Source: Methanobacteriota archaeon (GTDB lineage: Archaea > Thermoplasmatota > Poseidoniia > Poseidoniales > Poseidoniaceae). From it: 64,000 nt of DNA. Made by a program: the position numbers and the translations under genes. Below the pieces are notes generated by a model, which searched no databases, was not told where the DNA came from, and saw nothing but the letters and a program-made list of their open reading frames with translations. This document shows positions 11,340 through 21,218 of this stretch, one piece after another. Within the stretch, counting starts at the first letter, position 1, and the number at the start of each line of letters is the position of its first letter. The stretch lies in assembly GCA_038141355.1 (NCBI GenBank), contig JAYQHX010000002.1, positions 933,900 through 997,899 of the forward strand, in the 5' to 3' direction.

Positions 11340-11492
11340 CTATGATACAATCTTGGAAATCTTCCCTGTGCAATCGTTTTGTGAACAAAAACCTGCACAA
11401 CGTGTTCGTCCGTTACTCATGACGATTAATTTTCCATCTTTGATTGGCCCATATGTTTTACACTTCAAACAAAACCCACTAACATCAGCCAT
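11340..11492 (-). CDS. small (50 aa) zinc-ribbon protein, below the ORF-track length cutoff
   Basis: The minus-strand ORF ATG..TAG translates to MADVSGFCLKCKTYGPIKDGKLIVMSNGRTRCAGFCSQNDCTGKISKIVS, with Cys in CxxC and CxxxC pairs. It sits just upstream of the tRNA-Val on the same strand and overlaps the less plausible plus-strand ORF 11353..11547. Confidence 0.45.
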   Translation of the reverse strand: MADVSGFCLKCKTYGPIKDGKLIVMSNGRTRCAGFCSQNDCTGKISKIVS

Positions 11493-11673
11493 TGGAACCG
11501 ATTCTCCCTATCATCACATACTAATGAAACCATTGTTTCACAACTAAATTCAATTTTTTGACTTTTTACCCCTTATACCCCCTCCCTTGAAGGGGATTTT
11601 TGCATTTTTTTGCATTTTTTAGTGAAAAACGCATCGTTGCGCCAAATATCAAAAGTTCCATCCAAGTTCCTTG

Positions 11674-11695
11674 TCGCATAATGTGCGTTATGCGA
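11674..11695. terminator. perfect 8-bp stem / 6-nt loop hairpin (TCGCATAA-TGTGCG-TTATGCGA) just after the stop of the minus-strand gene 11705..12034
   Basis: Inverted repeat seen directly. Oligo-T (minus strand) and T-rich tandem TTTTTGCAT motifs (plus strand) follow at 11604-11640. Confidence 0.3.
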
Positions 11696-11704
11696 CACTA
11701 CGTA

Positions 11705-12034
11705 TCACACTAAATCTAGATTATCCGGATCTATGGAAAACATTCCCACTAGAGGCGGCCCTCCTAGTAGAGTTTCAATGCCACCATCCCTTTCATCTAG
11801 TTCGTTTGCAATTCTCTCTGAACATCTACGCCAAGATTCTTCATCTCTGTAAATAGCTTGAAGTAAAAACATAGATTGTCCGTCCATACTTCTAGACACC
11901 CAAGCTCGGATACACCCTTCTGTCCGTCGGCGCATTTCCTGTCTTGCCTCCAACATCCTTTCTAATCTGGCATCAACCCCTTTTCTTGCACTGCACACGA
12001 CTGTTTCCAACCATAGCCCGTTTTCTGATTTCAT
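11705..12034 (-). CDS. hypothetical protein, ABM (antibiotic biosynthesis monooxygenase)-like fold suspected
   Basis: 109 aa. Weak resemblance to the ABM/Dabb family; no diagnostic motif. Confidence 0.4.
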   Translation of the reverse strand: MKSENGLWLETVVCSARKGVDARLERMLEARQEMRRRTEGCIRAWVSRSMDGQSMFLLQAIYRDEESWRRCSERIANELDERDGGIETLLGGPPLVGMFSIDPDNLDLV

Positions 12035-12057
12035 ATTAATTACCTTTTAGAAGAAGT

Positions 12058-13296
12058 TTAATGATAAATCATATTTCCGTTTATCATAGTAGAATAGAAG
12101 GGTGAAATTCCTGGTTGAAGACACCAAGCTTCCCAATTTACAGAATCTAAAATATTTAGATTTGCAATGTTTCCTTCTGTCACCGATCCTTGTTTAAGTC
12201 CACTTGGATGAACGGTGGTCTTTGCTGAATTTACAGTACATGCTGCTAGAGCAGCGATTGGCGAAATATCATTACGCTGTACTAAAATCGAGGCTACAAA
12301 TGGCAGACTTAATGTTCTACAGTTAGGGTTGAAATCAGTAGCAATAGTCCAGGCCCATTTATTATCCATACATTCAGTAAACGGTGGATAATCAGAGCCC
12401 ATCGAATATGGTGTCGCGGGTAGAAATCCTGCATTAACATTAGAATCCGACATCTTTGAACGGATTTCAGAATTTGTATAATGGGCATGGTCTGCTGTTG
12501 AGACTGATAATTCTGCTGCTAGATTACCACCTCCTCCATCAACAAATTCATCGATGTGCATTCGGAGGTCCAAACCCATTGAACGACTTTCCTTCAAAAT
12601 TCGTTCAGATTGTTCTACTGAAAACCAGCCCGGTTCGCAGAAAACATCAGCGCTTCTAGCAAACCCTTGTTCAACAATTCGAGGTAGTTGTTCAGTGATA
12701 ATTTGATCAGTATATTCCTCATAAGACAAGCCCTCTGGCGTAGAATGAGCACCTAGCCAAGTAATATCGAGAGATGGTAATTCTGTGTTAACATTTAGTG
12801 AATCTGCAACTTTAAGCAATTTCAATTCTGATTCTGTTGACAAGCCGTATCCGGATTTCGCTTCCATGTGAGTGGTTCCATAATGCAGTGCTTGCTTCAT
12901 TCTAGTCAGTCCTAATTGTGCTAATTCGGACTCACTTGCGCCTTTGGTTGAATTTACAGTGTGCGAAATACCTCCACCCATTTCAGCAATTTTTTTGTAA
13001 GAATATCCTTTTTGCCTCCATCCAACTTCTTTACTTCTATCTCCAGACCAAATGAGGTGAGTGTGCGAATCGATCAAGCCTGGTATAACGGCCCTTCCTT
13101 CTAAATCGATTGTATCAAGATGAGAATATTCGCTCTGCAAGTCATCGGAATCTTCGATTTTACGTATTATCCCATTTCCAATTAGTATACCAAAGCCTGG
13201 TTCGAAAGTTAAAATCGAATCGTCAATATGGCCAACTAATGCTTTGTCGCTAGCCATGTGAGCAATGGGGCCAGCGTTAACAAGTAGTTTCTCCAT
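12058..13296 (-). CDS. hutI: imidazolonepropionase
   Basis: 412 aa amidohydrolase with IDSHTHL metal-binding motif, KSGYGL, and a DVFCE region, co-linear with HutI. Confidence 0.85.
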   Translation of the reverse strand: MEKLLVNAGPIAHMASDKALVGHIDDSILTFEPGFGILIGNGIIRKIEDSDDLQSEYSHLDTIDLEGRAVIPGLIDSHTHLIWSGDRSKEVGWRQKGYSYKKIAEMGGGISHTVNSTKGASESELAQLGLTRMKQALHYGTTHMEAKSGYGLSTESELKLLKVADSLNVNTELPSLDITWLGAHSTPEGLSYEEYTDQIITEQLPRIVEQGFARSADVFCEPGWFSVEQSERILKESRSMGLDLRMHIDEFVDGGGGNLAAELSVSTADHAHYTNSEIRSKMSDSNVNAGFLPATPYSMGSDYPPFTECMDNKWAWTIATDFNPNCRTLSLPFVASILVQRNDISPIAALAACTVNSAKTTVHPSGLKQGSVTEGNIANLNILDSVNWEAWCLQPGISPFYSTMINGNMIYH

Positions 13297-13346
13297 TGCT
13301 ACTCCTAAGTGAAACCGTTAGATAGTATATCCGTTTCCCATTTTCA

Positions 13347-14360
13347 ATGAGAAATGGTTACACACTCGGCATTGAATCTACTGCTCACACTTTTTCATTT
13401 GGATTGGTAGACCCAACTGGAGAGCCAATACCCTCTGTTTCGGATACTATTAGGCCAACTGAAGGAGGAATTCATCCTCGTGAAGCTGCTGACCATCATG
13501 TTGAATTGTCTGCCGAATTACTCTCTAAGTTGTTAGAAAACAACGGTTTGCAACCCTCTGACATCACAGGAGTAGCATATTCGCAAGGCCCAGGGATGGG
13601 TGCATGCTTGCGGATTGGTGCTGCAGCGGCTAGAACGATTGCATCAAAATTGGACGTGCCGCTTATCGGAGTAAATCACTGTGTTGCTCATATTGAAATA
13701 GGAAGACAACAATGTGGTTGTGATGATCCAATCCTGTTGTACGTTAGCGGTGGAAACACACAAGTTATCGCTAGGCTGGATGGTAGATATCGCGTTCTAG
13801 GTGAAACACTAGACATAGGAATAGGAAATATGCTAGACAAATTCGCAAGAAATCATGGCATACCATTCCCAGGTGGCCCACAAATAGAGAAAGCAGCCCT
13901 AAAGTGGCTAGAGGAAAATCCCAATCCTACAATTGAGGGTCTCGAACTACCATATGCAGTACACGGAATGGATTTGACATTCTCTGGAATTTTAACAGCA
14001 GCAAATAAATTGGTAGAAAAGGGCAATCCATTCGAAGCGGTCTGTTGGAGTCTACAAGAACACGCTTTTGCTGCATGTATAGAAGTCGCAGAAAGAGCAT
14101 TGGCACATACTGGAAAAAGTGAGGTCCTCCTTGGTGGAGGAGTTGCTTGCAATGAAAAACTCCGAACTATGTCGGAAATAATGTGTGAGGAGAGAAGTGC
14201 AAGTAGTCACTGTCCGCCGAAGATGTATTGTATCGATAACGGAACAATGATTGCAATGCTGGGTTGGCTAGAACTTAATTCTGGTAGAATTACTACCCCC
14301 CAACAATCAGGAGTTGACCAAGAAATGCGAACAGACCACACCCCTGTTATTTGGGCTTAA
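13347..14360 (+). CDS. kae1: tRNA N6-adenosine threonylcarbamoyltransferase Kae1 (TsaD/Gcp family)
   Basis: LGIESTAHTFS and GVNHCVAHIEIG motifs in a 337 aa protein. Standalone Kae1 without a fused Bud32. Confidence 0.9.
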   Translation: MRNGYTLGIESTAHTFSFGLVDPTGEPIPSVSDTIRPTEGGIHPREAADHHVELSAELLSKLLENNGLQPSDITGVAYSQGPGMGACLRIGAAAARTIASKLDVPLIGVNHCVAHIEIGRQQCGCDDPILLYVSGGNTQVIARLDGRYRVLGETLDIGIGNMLDKFARNHGIPFPGGPQIEKAALKWLEENPNPTIEGLELPYAVHGMDLTFSGILTAANKLVEKGNPFEAVCWSLQEHAFAACIEVAERALAHTGKSEVLLGGGVACNEKLRTMSEIMCEERSASSHCPPKMYCIDNGTMIAMLGWLELNSGRITTPQQSGVDQEMRTDHTPVIWA

Positions 14361-14401
14361 AGATGCCAAGGGTTATGAGAGTCCGTACTACCGCTTGAAA
14401 T

Positions 14402-15271
14402 ATGCAAGGTAGGCGCAGAAGGGATGAACCATTCAACCCCTTCGCGCCAAATGCTAGCCAAAATGCAAGGGACAGGCGTGAAAAGCGAGACAAAAACAAA
14501 CCTAAACCCGTTGTCTCTCAACCTGTTGTGACAAATACTTTGGCTGACATGCAGCGTGCTGCACAGAAAGCAATCGAAAAAACAGAAACTCTTGTACCAA
14601 AGAACGAGTCTGTAATTCCGGCCACGACAACAACAGAGGTAGTTAATGAAGTCAAACCAGAGCCTCAAAAACCAGTTCAACGACAAGTAAAGAATATTGA
14701 AGATAAGAAGCCTGAATCGAGGCAAGAAAGGCTTGCACGTCTAGCAGAAAAATCAGCTGCAACAGCAAAATTTGCTAAGGAAGCATCTACGATAAAACCT
14801 GAAATTCAAACAGAAAAAAAGGTTGAAATTGTTCCTGAAGTGGAAAATGTTGAACGAGAAGAACCAGTATCTATTGAAGATACTGAAATGGATCTTGAAG
14901 ACAAGTTGGGGTCTCATGGGGCAAAGAATGTATTCAAGACAATTAAAACAGAAATCAAGGCTAAAGACCCCAAAGGCAGAAAGAAAAGGAGTTCAGATAA
15001 AAAAGGAGGCGGAAAGCAACCGCAAACCAAGAAATTGGATAGACGTAAAATGTTAGAATACAAATACGCTGCTAAAGACATTCTGAATAATGAATTAGTA
15101 AAAGAAGAACATAGGTCAAATATTTCTGCACAAATTTGGGCGAAGGGAGAAAGGACAGGTGTTGAATCAGCAATAGAATTCATCAAACAGAAACAATTAG
15201 AGTTGATTTTACCAGATGAAATCGCAAATGAATTAATGGCATTAGTAAAAAAATATACAACAAGGAGATGA
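14402..15271 (+). CDS. lysine/glutamate-rich hypothetical protein
   Basis: 289 aa, strongly charged low-complexity N-terminal half and a more ordered C-terminal ~90 aa. No kinase motifs, so not Bud32. Confidence 0.4.
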   Translation: MQGRRRRDEPFNPFAPNASQNARDRREKRDKNKPKPVVSQPVVTNTLADMQRAAQKAIEKTETLVPKNESVIPATTTTEVVNEVKPEPQKPVQRQVKNIEDKKPESRQERLARLAEKSAATAKFAKEASTIKPEIQTEKKVEIVPEVENVEREEPVSIEDTEMDLEDKLGSHGAKNVFKTIKTEIKAKDPKGRKKRSSDKKGGGKQPQTKKLDRRKMLEYKYAAKDILNNELVKEEHRSNISAQIWAKGERTGVESAIEFIKQKQLELILPDEIANELMALVKKYTTRR

Positions 15272-15275
15272 AAAT

Positions 15276-15749
15276 ATGACAGTAGTAGAGAATAACAAAG
15301 TAGCAAGCGTGCACTATACTGGTACACTACCAGATAATGGAGAGGTATTTGACAGTTCAGAAGGTAGAGACCCTCTAACATTTTTAGTTGGCCACATGAA
15401 TATGATACCTGGATTTGAACGAGAGTTAATGGGTGCTAAAATTGGCGAGAAGGTAGAGTTCACACTTTCTCCAGAGGACGCATATGGTGAAATCGACCCC
15501 AATGCTGTCCAAGAAATTCCTGCAGATATGTTTGGTGATATTACTCCTGAGGTAGGAATGACATTAATGAGTGACATTGGGCCTTTTCGAGTGACTGAAG
15601 TCAATGCCGAATTGATAAAAGTAGATTTTAATCATGCTTTAGCAGGTAAATCATTGACATTTAATGTTGAAGTAGTAGATATTCGTGATGCTACTGAGGA
15701 AGAAATCGCTCATGGACACGCACATGGTCCTGGCGGACACCACCATTGA
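15276..15749 (+). CDS. FKBP-type peptidyl-prolyl cis-trans isomerase (SlyD-like, His-rich tail)
   Basis: FKBP domain VHYTGTL..G.VFDSS followed by an insert-in-flap region and a C-terminal HGHAHGPGGHHH metal-binding tail. Confidence 0.85.
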   Translation: MTVVENNKVASVHYTGTLPDNGEVFDSSEGRDPLTFLVGHMNMIPGFERELMGAKIGEKVEFTLSPEDAYGEIDPNAVQEIPADMFGDITPEVGMTLMSDIGPFRVTEVNAELIKVDFNHALAGKSLTFNVEVVDIRDATEEEIAHGHAHGPGGHHH

Positions 15750-15758
15750 GGTTTTATT

Positions 15759-17320
15759 ATGACTGGCCAGAGAAAAGAAATCTGGCAAACATTAGGTGGA
15801 TTGAATATATCTAGGATATATGGCCCTGATGAAGCAGGAAATGCTCCTTATACGCGCGGTATTCACAATACGATGTATAGGTCAAGATTATGGACAATGC
15901 GTCAATATGCTGGATTTGGCAGTGCCGAAGAAACGAATCAACGTTTCAAATTGTTATTGGATAGAGGCCAAAAGGGATTGTCTGTGGCATTTGATCTGCC
16001 AACCCAATTGGGTTTGGATGCTGATGATGTCTTCAGTGAAGGGGAAGTAGGTAAGGTTGGTGTATCAATTTCATGTTTGGATGACATGCGGATATTACTG
16101 AAAGATATACCTCTAGAAAAGGTATCAACTTCTATGACAATAAACGCACCTGCAATGGTTTTATTGGCAATGTATGTATTAGTAGCAGAAGAAAATGGTG
16201 TTTCGTCAAAGAAAATTCGAGGAACTATTCAAAATGATATTCTGAAAGAATATATTGCAAGAGGGACGCATATCTTCCCTCCAAATGAATCATTAAGACT
16301 CATTACAGATATCTTTGAATATTCTAAAGAAAATATACCAGAATGGAACACAATTTCAATCTCCGGATATCACATTCGTGAAGCGGGATCTACAGCTGTT
16401 CAGGAAATTGCTTTCACAATATCTAATGCGCTAGAATATGTAGACGCTGCAATAAAATCAGGATTAGATATCGATGAATTTGCACCGCGAATTTCGTTCT
16501 TCTTTAATTGTCACAACGATTTCTTTGAAGAAGTATGCAAATTTCGAGCAGCGAGAAGGTTGTGGTACACATTGATAAGTGAAAGATATAATCCTAGCAA
16601 TCCAAAGAGTTCTCAGTTAAGATTCCACACTCAGGTAGCAGGTGTATCATTAACTGCTCAACAACCATTGTACAATATATCAAGAGTCACAATCCAAGCT
16701 TTGGCAGCAGTTTGTGGAGGAACTCAGAGTTTACACACCAATTCATACGATGAAGCACTAGGCCTACCAACAGAAGAAAGCGCTACAGTTGCATTAAGAA
16801 CACAACAAATCATAGCAGAAGAGAGCGGGGTAGCAGACGTTGTAGACCCTCTTGAGGCTCTCATTATGTCGAGCAGATGACAGATAAAATTTACACTGAA
16901 TCACTCGAACAAATTATGAAAATTGAGAAACTAGGCGGTGCACTCAAAGCAATAGAAGCAGGCTACCAACAAAAAGAAATTCATGATGCTGCTTGGAAAC
17001 ATATGAATCAAGTCGAGTCTGGTGAGCGAAAAATTGTTGGCGTTAATTTTGCAACATTAGACAACGAAAAGATGCCGCCAGTACTGAAACCCGATCCCAC
17101 TATTGGAATCTCTCAGTCTAATAAGTTGAAATTACTTAGAACAAATCGAGATGGAGTATCAGTAGAACGTGATCTCGAAACACTTCGTTCGGGATGTGTT
17201 TCTGGCGCCAATCTTTTTCCATTAGTTATACAATGTCTAAAATCAGATTGTACTCTGGGAGAAATCATTCAAGTTATGAAAGACCAATTTGGGACTTGGA
17301 TGTCCCCCAGTGGATTTTGA
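15759..17320 (+). CDS. methylmalonyl-CoA mutase large (catalytic) subunit, split by a 1-nt frameshift near 16855
   Basis: 15759..16880 matches the MCM N-terminal domain ([33 protein letters not shown]). The C-terminal 147 aa continue in another frame ([12 protein letters not shown]...VGVNF). Expected DPLGGSYY is broken at TTGAGG. Confidence 0.8.
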
Positions 17321-17330
17321 GGTGATTATA

Positions 17331-17739
17331 TTGAAGATATATCTAGACCATGTAGGAATCGCTTGTGATAATCTAGAAGATGCATCTCCGTTTTGGCGAA
17401 TGATTGGATTAATACAGGGACATGATGAACTAGTAGAAGACCAAGGTGTAACAACCAGATTTTTTGAAACTAGTAAAGATGACAATAAATCTCCGAAGAT
17501 TGAACTTTTAGAACCCACAGAAGAAAATACTCCAATCGGCAAATTCCTAGCGAAAAAAGGCCCAGGGATTCAGCAAATTTGTTTCAGGGTAGAAGATATT
17601 GAATCCTTGATACAAAAATTAATTGAAAATGGTATTGTAATGGTAGATGAAAAACCAAGAACTGGAGCAAACGGTGCGTATTGCTTTTGTGCACCCGAAA
17701 AGTACTGGTGGCGTCTTAGTTGAGTTATCACAGTATTAA
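17331..17739 (+). CDS. methylmalonyl-CoA epimerase (VOC/glyoxalase family), C-terminus shifted by a frameshift near 17675
   Basis: LDHVGIACDNLE, IELLEP and GPGIQQICFRVEDI motifs. The canonical C-terminal AFVHPKSTGGVLVELSQY is encoded in the +1 frame, ending at TAA 17737-17739. TTG start. Confidence 0.7.
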
Positions 17740-17764
17740 TTCAAACCTTGAGAGCTGAACATCG

Positions 17765-18589
17765 ATGAATCAAATAGAAGATTTACTATCCCTTGAACGA
17801 GTTAGTAAATCATTTGGCGACGTGGAGGCTTTGATAGATATCGATTTCAAAATTCAAACCGGACAAGTGATTGGGTTGGTTGGAGGAAATGGAGCCGGTA
17901 AAACCACTCTCCTACGATTAATTTCTGGCGTGCTTAATCCCACAACTGGCAGTGTATTGTTTCGGGGAGAGAATGTGTCATCAGTGAGACAAAAAGTCGG
18001 TGTTGTACCAGAATCAACCGGCTTGTATGCTCGGTTAACAGCGTGGGAAAATATTCGATTCCATTCTAGAATTCACGGTATCTCAGATGATGTATCTTGG
18101 AACAGGACATGCTTTTTTGCAAAAAAATTAGATATTGAAGATGCGTTATCTAGACACACTAAGGGATTTAGTAGGGGAATGCGCCAAAAGATCGCTTTAC
18201 TGAGGGCTCTAGCACACGGCCCAGATATTCTGTTGCTTGATGAACCTACAGCAGGGCTTGATGTGACAAGTGCCAGAACAGTTAGAAAACTCGTTGGACA
18301 ATTGAGGGACGAAGGAGGTACTGTAATTTACAGCACCCATCATTTAGCAGAAGCAGAACAAGTTTGTGACCGTATAATAATTGTTCATAATGGCACGATT
18401 AGAGCAGATGGCTCTCCTGAACAATTGATCAATCAAGCCGGTGTGAATACCCTAGAACAAGCATATGTCGAATTAACCAAAGACAAAGCAAGACCGAGGT
18501 CTGACGTAAAAAATGAAGATGGTAAAGTATCAAAATGGTGGAGCAAAATTTTGACCGGTTCTACACCTAGTGAGGTGATAGAGGATTAG
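17765..18589 (+). CDS. ABC transporter ATP-binding protein (ABC-2 type exporter)
   Basis: Walker A GGNGAGKTT, signature and Walker B LLLDEPTAGLD, H-loop. Confidence 0.85.
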   Translation: MNQIEDLLSLERVSKSFGDVEALIDIDFKIQTGQVIGLVGGNGAGKTTLLRLISGVLNPTTGSVLFRGENVSSVRQKVGVVPESTGLYARLTAWENIRFHSRIHGISDDVSWNRTCFFAKKLDIEDALSRHTKGFSRGMRQKIALLRALAHGPDILLLDEPTAGLDVTSARTVRKLVGQLRDEGGTVIYSTHHLAEAEQVCDRIIIVHNGTIRADGSPEQLINQAGVNTLEQAYVELTKDKARPRSDVKNEDGKVSKWWSKILTGSTPSEVIED

Positions 18590-19802
18590 TGAATTCACAA
18601 GAATTGTAAAAGAGATAGCAAAAAAGGAAGTCCTTGAATTTGTACGCGATTGGAGAACTATATTGGCAATTATCATAATTCCCTTACTACTATTTCCGAT
18701 TCTATTTATCGCATTTCCGTTATTGTTAGAATCTGAAGCCCAAGAATTAGAATCCATTGATGTAAGCATAGTCTGGCAAGGTGAACTGAATCAAGAATTG
18801 AGTGATTTATTCAATGATTCCAATATACAATATGATTTACAAAATTTACCCGTTGGCATGGAAAATTTATCTAGTCCTGGTGACGATTTAGAAATCGTTC
18901 GAACCCAGAATGTTGATGCTGTTTTTAGATTAACCAATGATTCAAGTTCTTGGAAATTCGCAATAATATACCTATCAACAAGTGAAGCATCTAATGAAGC
19001 GAGGAGTAGAATTCTTGAATCGATATCGATTTGGGAAAATGATTTTGTTAATGGCACACTTCTTGCCGCCGGATTAGTTCCAGAGGACACCTTAGACCCT
19101 ATCAAGTGGGATGGAGATTGGGAATATGCAGATGCAGCAACAAGAGGAGAGCAAGCAGGATTAGCATTATCACTATTTATTCCATTAGTCATTGCGATAT
19201 GGACTGCATCAAGCGCTATACAGCCAGCAATTGATATGACTGCAGGCGAAAGGGAAAGAGGTACTCTCGAAGCTTTACTTTCATTACCGGCCAGTAGATT
19301 ACAATTATTGGCTGGAAAATGGACTGCAGTGGCATTCATTACAAGCGTAGGTGTAGCATTACAAATTGCAGGTTTATTATTTGCAATAACATACCTAGCA
19401 TCTAATTCTATATTGGGAGTTCCAGAAATTTCTTTGTTAAGTATATCGCTAATGCTGCTAGCAGTAGTCATATTCGCCATTATGACAGTCGCATTCGAAT
19501 TAGCATTAGCAATGAAAGCGCATAGTGTAAAAGAAGCCGGAACATTACTTGGCCCTGTAATTATAATGATTATATTCCCAGCACTGTTTACTCAGGTGAT
19601 TAATTTAGATGGCATCGAGTCGTTTTGGTTCGCAATCCCCTTGGTTAACATATTATTGGCTTTGAGAGAACTATTACTTGATCGTGTAATCTTTGAACAT
19701 GTAATTGTATGGCTTGTTTCTAGTGTATTTTATGCAACACTTGCGGCTCTATATGCTGCAAAGCAATTCAAGAGAGAAGATTTGGTAGCATCGTTATCAT
19801 AA
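18585..19802 (+). CDS. ABC-2 family transporter permease
   Basis: The frame is open from 18582 and encodes the typical permease N-terminus (EIAKKEVLEFVRDWRTILAIII) upstream of the listed TTG 18663. Six predicted TM helices. Start codon uncertain (non-ATG, or another frameshift). Confidence 0.7.
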   Translation: MSEFTRIVKEIAKKEVLEFVRDWRTILAIIIIPLLLFPILFIAFPLLLESEAQELESIDVSIVWQGELNQELSDLFNDSNIQYDLQNLPVGMENLSSPGDDLEIVRTQNVDAVFRLTNDSSSWKFAIIYLSTSEASNEARSRILESISIWENDFVNGTLLAAGLVPEDTLDPIKWDGDWEYADAATRGEQAGLALSLFIPLVIAIWTASSAIQPAIDMTAGERERGTLEALLSLPASRLQLLAGKWTAVAFITSVGVALQIAGLLFAITYLASNSILGVPEISLLSISLMLLAVVIFAIMTVAFELALAMKAHSVKEAGTLLGPVIIMIIFPALFTQVINLDGIESFWFAIPLVNILLALRELLLDRVIFEHVIVWLVSSVFYATLAALYAAKQFKREDLVASLS

Positions 19803-19851
19803 TATTAGCCAAGTATTCATCTAGTATTACTCTAGTAATATTAATAAATAT

Positions 19852-20040
19852 ATGTACATAGGCGATAATGTGCCAAAAATCAGTCTTGACATGCCTAGCC
19901 AATTGCTAGATGATCTGAAAACTCATGTTGGAGATGATGGAAAATTTGTATCTGTAGCCGATGCAATAAGGACAGCATGTAGAAAACTCTTGGACCAATT
20001 AGATGCGATAGATGCACGGCATGGGAGAATGGAGGAATAA
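19852..20040 (+). CDS. ribbon-helix-helix (CopG/Arc family) putative transcriptional regulator
   Basis: 62 aa. KISLDMPSQLLDDLK fits an N-terminal beta-strand plus helix-helix. AT-rich TATA-like sequence and an inverted repeat lie immediately upstream. Confidence 0.5.
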   Translation: MYIGDNVPKISLDMPSQLLDDLKTHVGDDGKFVSVADAIRTACRKLLDQLDAIDARHGRMEE

Positions 20041-20042
20041 CA

Positions 20043-20612
20043 ATGACGACTAAGGATGAAGCAATGGAGGCTGTGAAAGTAATTCTCGATTATATCGAAG
20101 GAGATCACACTAGAGAAGGTTTAGCAGAAACTCCTGAGAGAGTAATAAGCTCCTTTGAAGAAATTTACTCTGGTTATTCATTAGAAGCATCTGAAGTCCT
20201 TTCTTCTACCTTTAACGGTGAGGGTTATGATGGAATAGTTTTGTTAAGAGATATAGAATTCCATTCGACATGTGAACATCATTTACAGCCCTTTAGTGGA
20301 CGAGTTCATGTAGCATACATTCCAACTGAGAGAATAGTAGGAATTAGCAAATTAGCAAGAATCGTAGAGTTGCACTCGAGAAGATTGCAAAATCAAGAGC
20401 GAATTACTAAAGGTGTGGCAGATGATATTGAACAACATCTCAACCCACTTGGTTGTGGTGTCATAATAGAGGCTGCACATGGGTGTATGCAGTGTCGCGG
20501 TGTCAAAAAACAAAATGCAGTCATGACTACAAGTGCAATGCGTGGAGTTTTTTTTGACAGAAGTGAAGCACGATCGGAGCTAATGCAGTTAATCCAAAGT
20601 GGTCCATTGTGA
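20043..20612 (+). CDS. folE: GTP cyclohydrolase I (FolE type)
   Basis: ETPERV...SSTCEHHLQPF...RIVGISKLARIV and RRLQ.QERIT motifs. Confidence 0.85.
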   Translation: MTTKDEAMEAVKVILDYIEGDHTREGLAETPERVISSFEEIYSGYSLEASEVLSSTFNGEGYDGIVLLRDIEFHSTCEHHLQPFSGRVHVAYIPTERIVGISKLARIVELHSRRLQNQERITKGVADDIEQHLNPLGCGVIIEAAHGCMQCRGVKKQNAVMTTSAMRGVFFDRSEARSELMQLIQSGPL

Positions 20613-20621
20613 GGTGGTGAT

Positions 20622-21218
20622 ATGGCTAAATATCCAATCGTTGAAATTTTTCATTCTGTACAGGGTGAAGGATTCCATTCAGGGGTACCTCATATTTTCA
20701 TTCGGTTCGGAAATTGTAATCTTCGGTGTGAATGGTGTGATACTGATTTTTTAACATACAAAGAAATGGAGTTAGACGAAATCATTGATGAAATCAAAAA
20801 ATTTGATTGTGAGAGAGTTATTTTTACAGGCGGAGAGCCATGTCTACAAGACTTAGCTACGATTGGCAAAGTATTGAAAAATCTTGGTAAACATATCTCA
20901 ATTGAAACCAACGGGACAATAGAAGTTCCAGAGATTATCGATTGGATATGTGTTTCACCTAAAGATCAGGTCTATCCTAATGTATCAATCAAACAAATTA
21001 GTGGTGATGAGTTAAAAGTAGTCTACTGCGGACAGGATTTAGATATGTATGATAGCATAAAAAATAATTTTACTCATAATTTTATACAACCTTGCTACAT
21101 GGATAACCTTTCAGTGGAAGAGAATGGTAAACTGTTCTCTCTCGTTGAAAAATTGGTAAAAGAAACCAAAGGGTGGAGATTATCTTTGCAAACCCACAAA
21201 TGGATGGGGGTTGATTGA
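20622..21218 (+). CDS. queE: 7-carboxy-7-deazaguanine synthase (radical SAM)
   Basis: N-terminal IVEIFHSVQGEG and CNLRCEWCDT Cx3Cx2C-variant cluster typical of QueE. Confidence 0.85.
   Translation: MAKYPIVEIFHSVQGEGFHSGVPHIFIRFGNCNLRCEWCDTDFLTYKEMELDEIIDEIKKFDCERVIFTGGEPCLQDLATIGKVLKNLGKHISIETNGTIEVPEIIDWICVSPKDQVYPNVSIKQISGDELKVVYCGQDLDMYDSIKNNFTHNFIQPCYMDNLSVEENGKLFSLVEKLVKETKGWRLSLQTHKWMGVD

Noticed and set aside
11353-11547. 64-aa plus-strand ORF from the track
   Set aside because: No motifs. It overlaps a more plausible 50-aa four-Cys ORF on the other strand that is co-oriented with the tRNA.
18791-19480. 229-aa minus-strand ORF
   Set aside because: Lies entirely within, and antisense to, the ABC-2 permease gene, whose TM pattern is clear.
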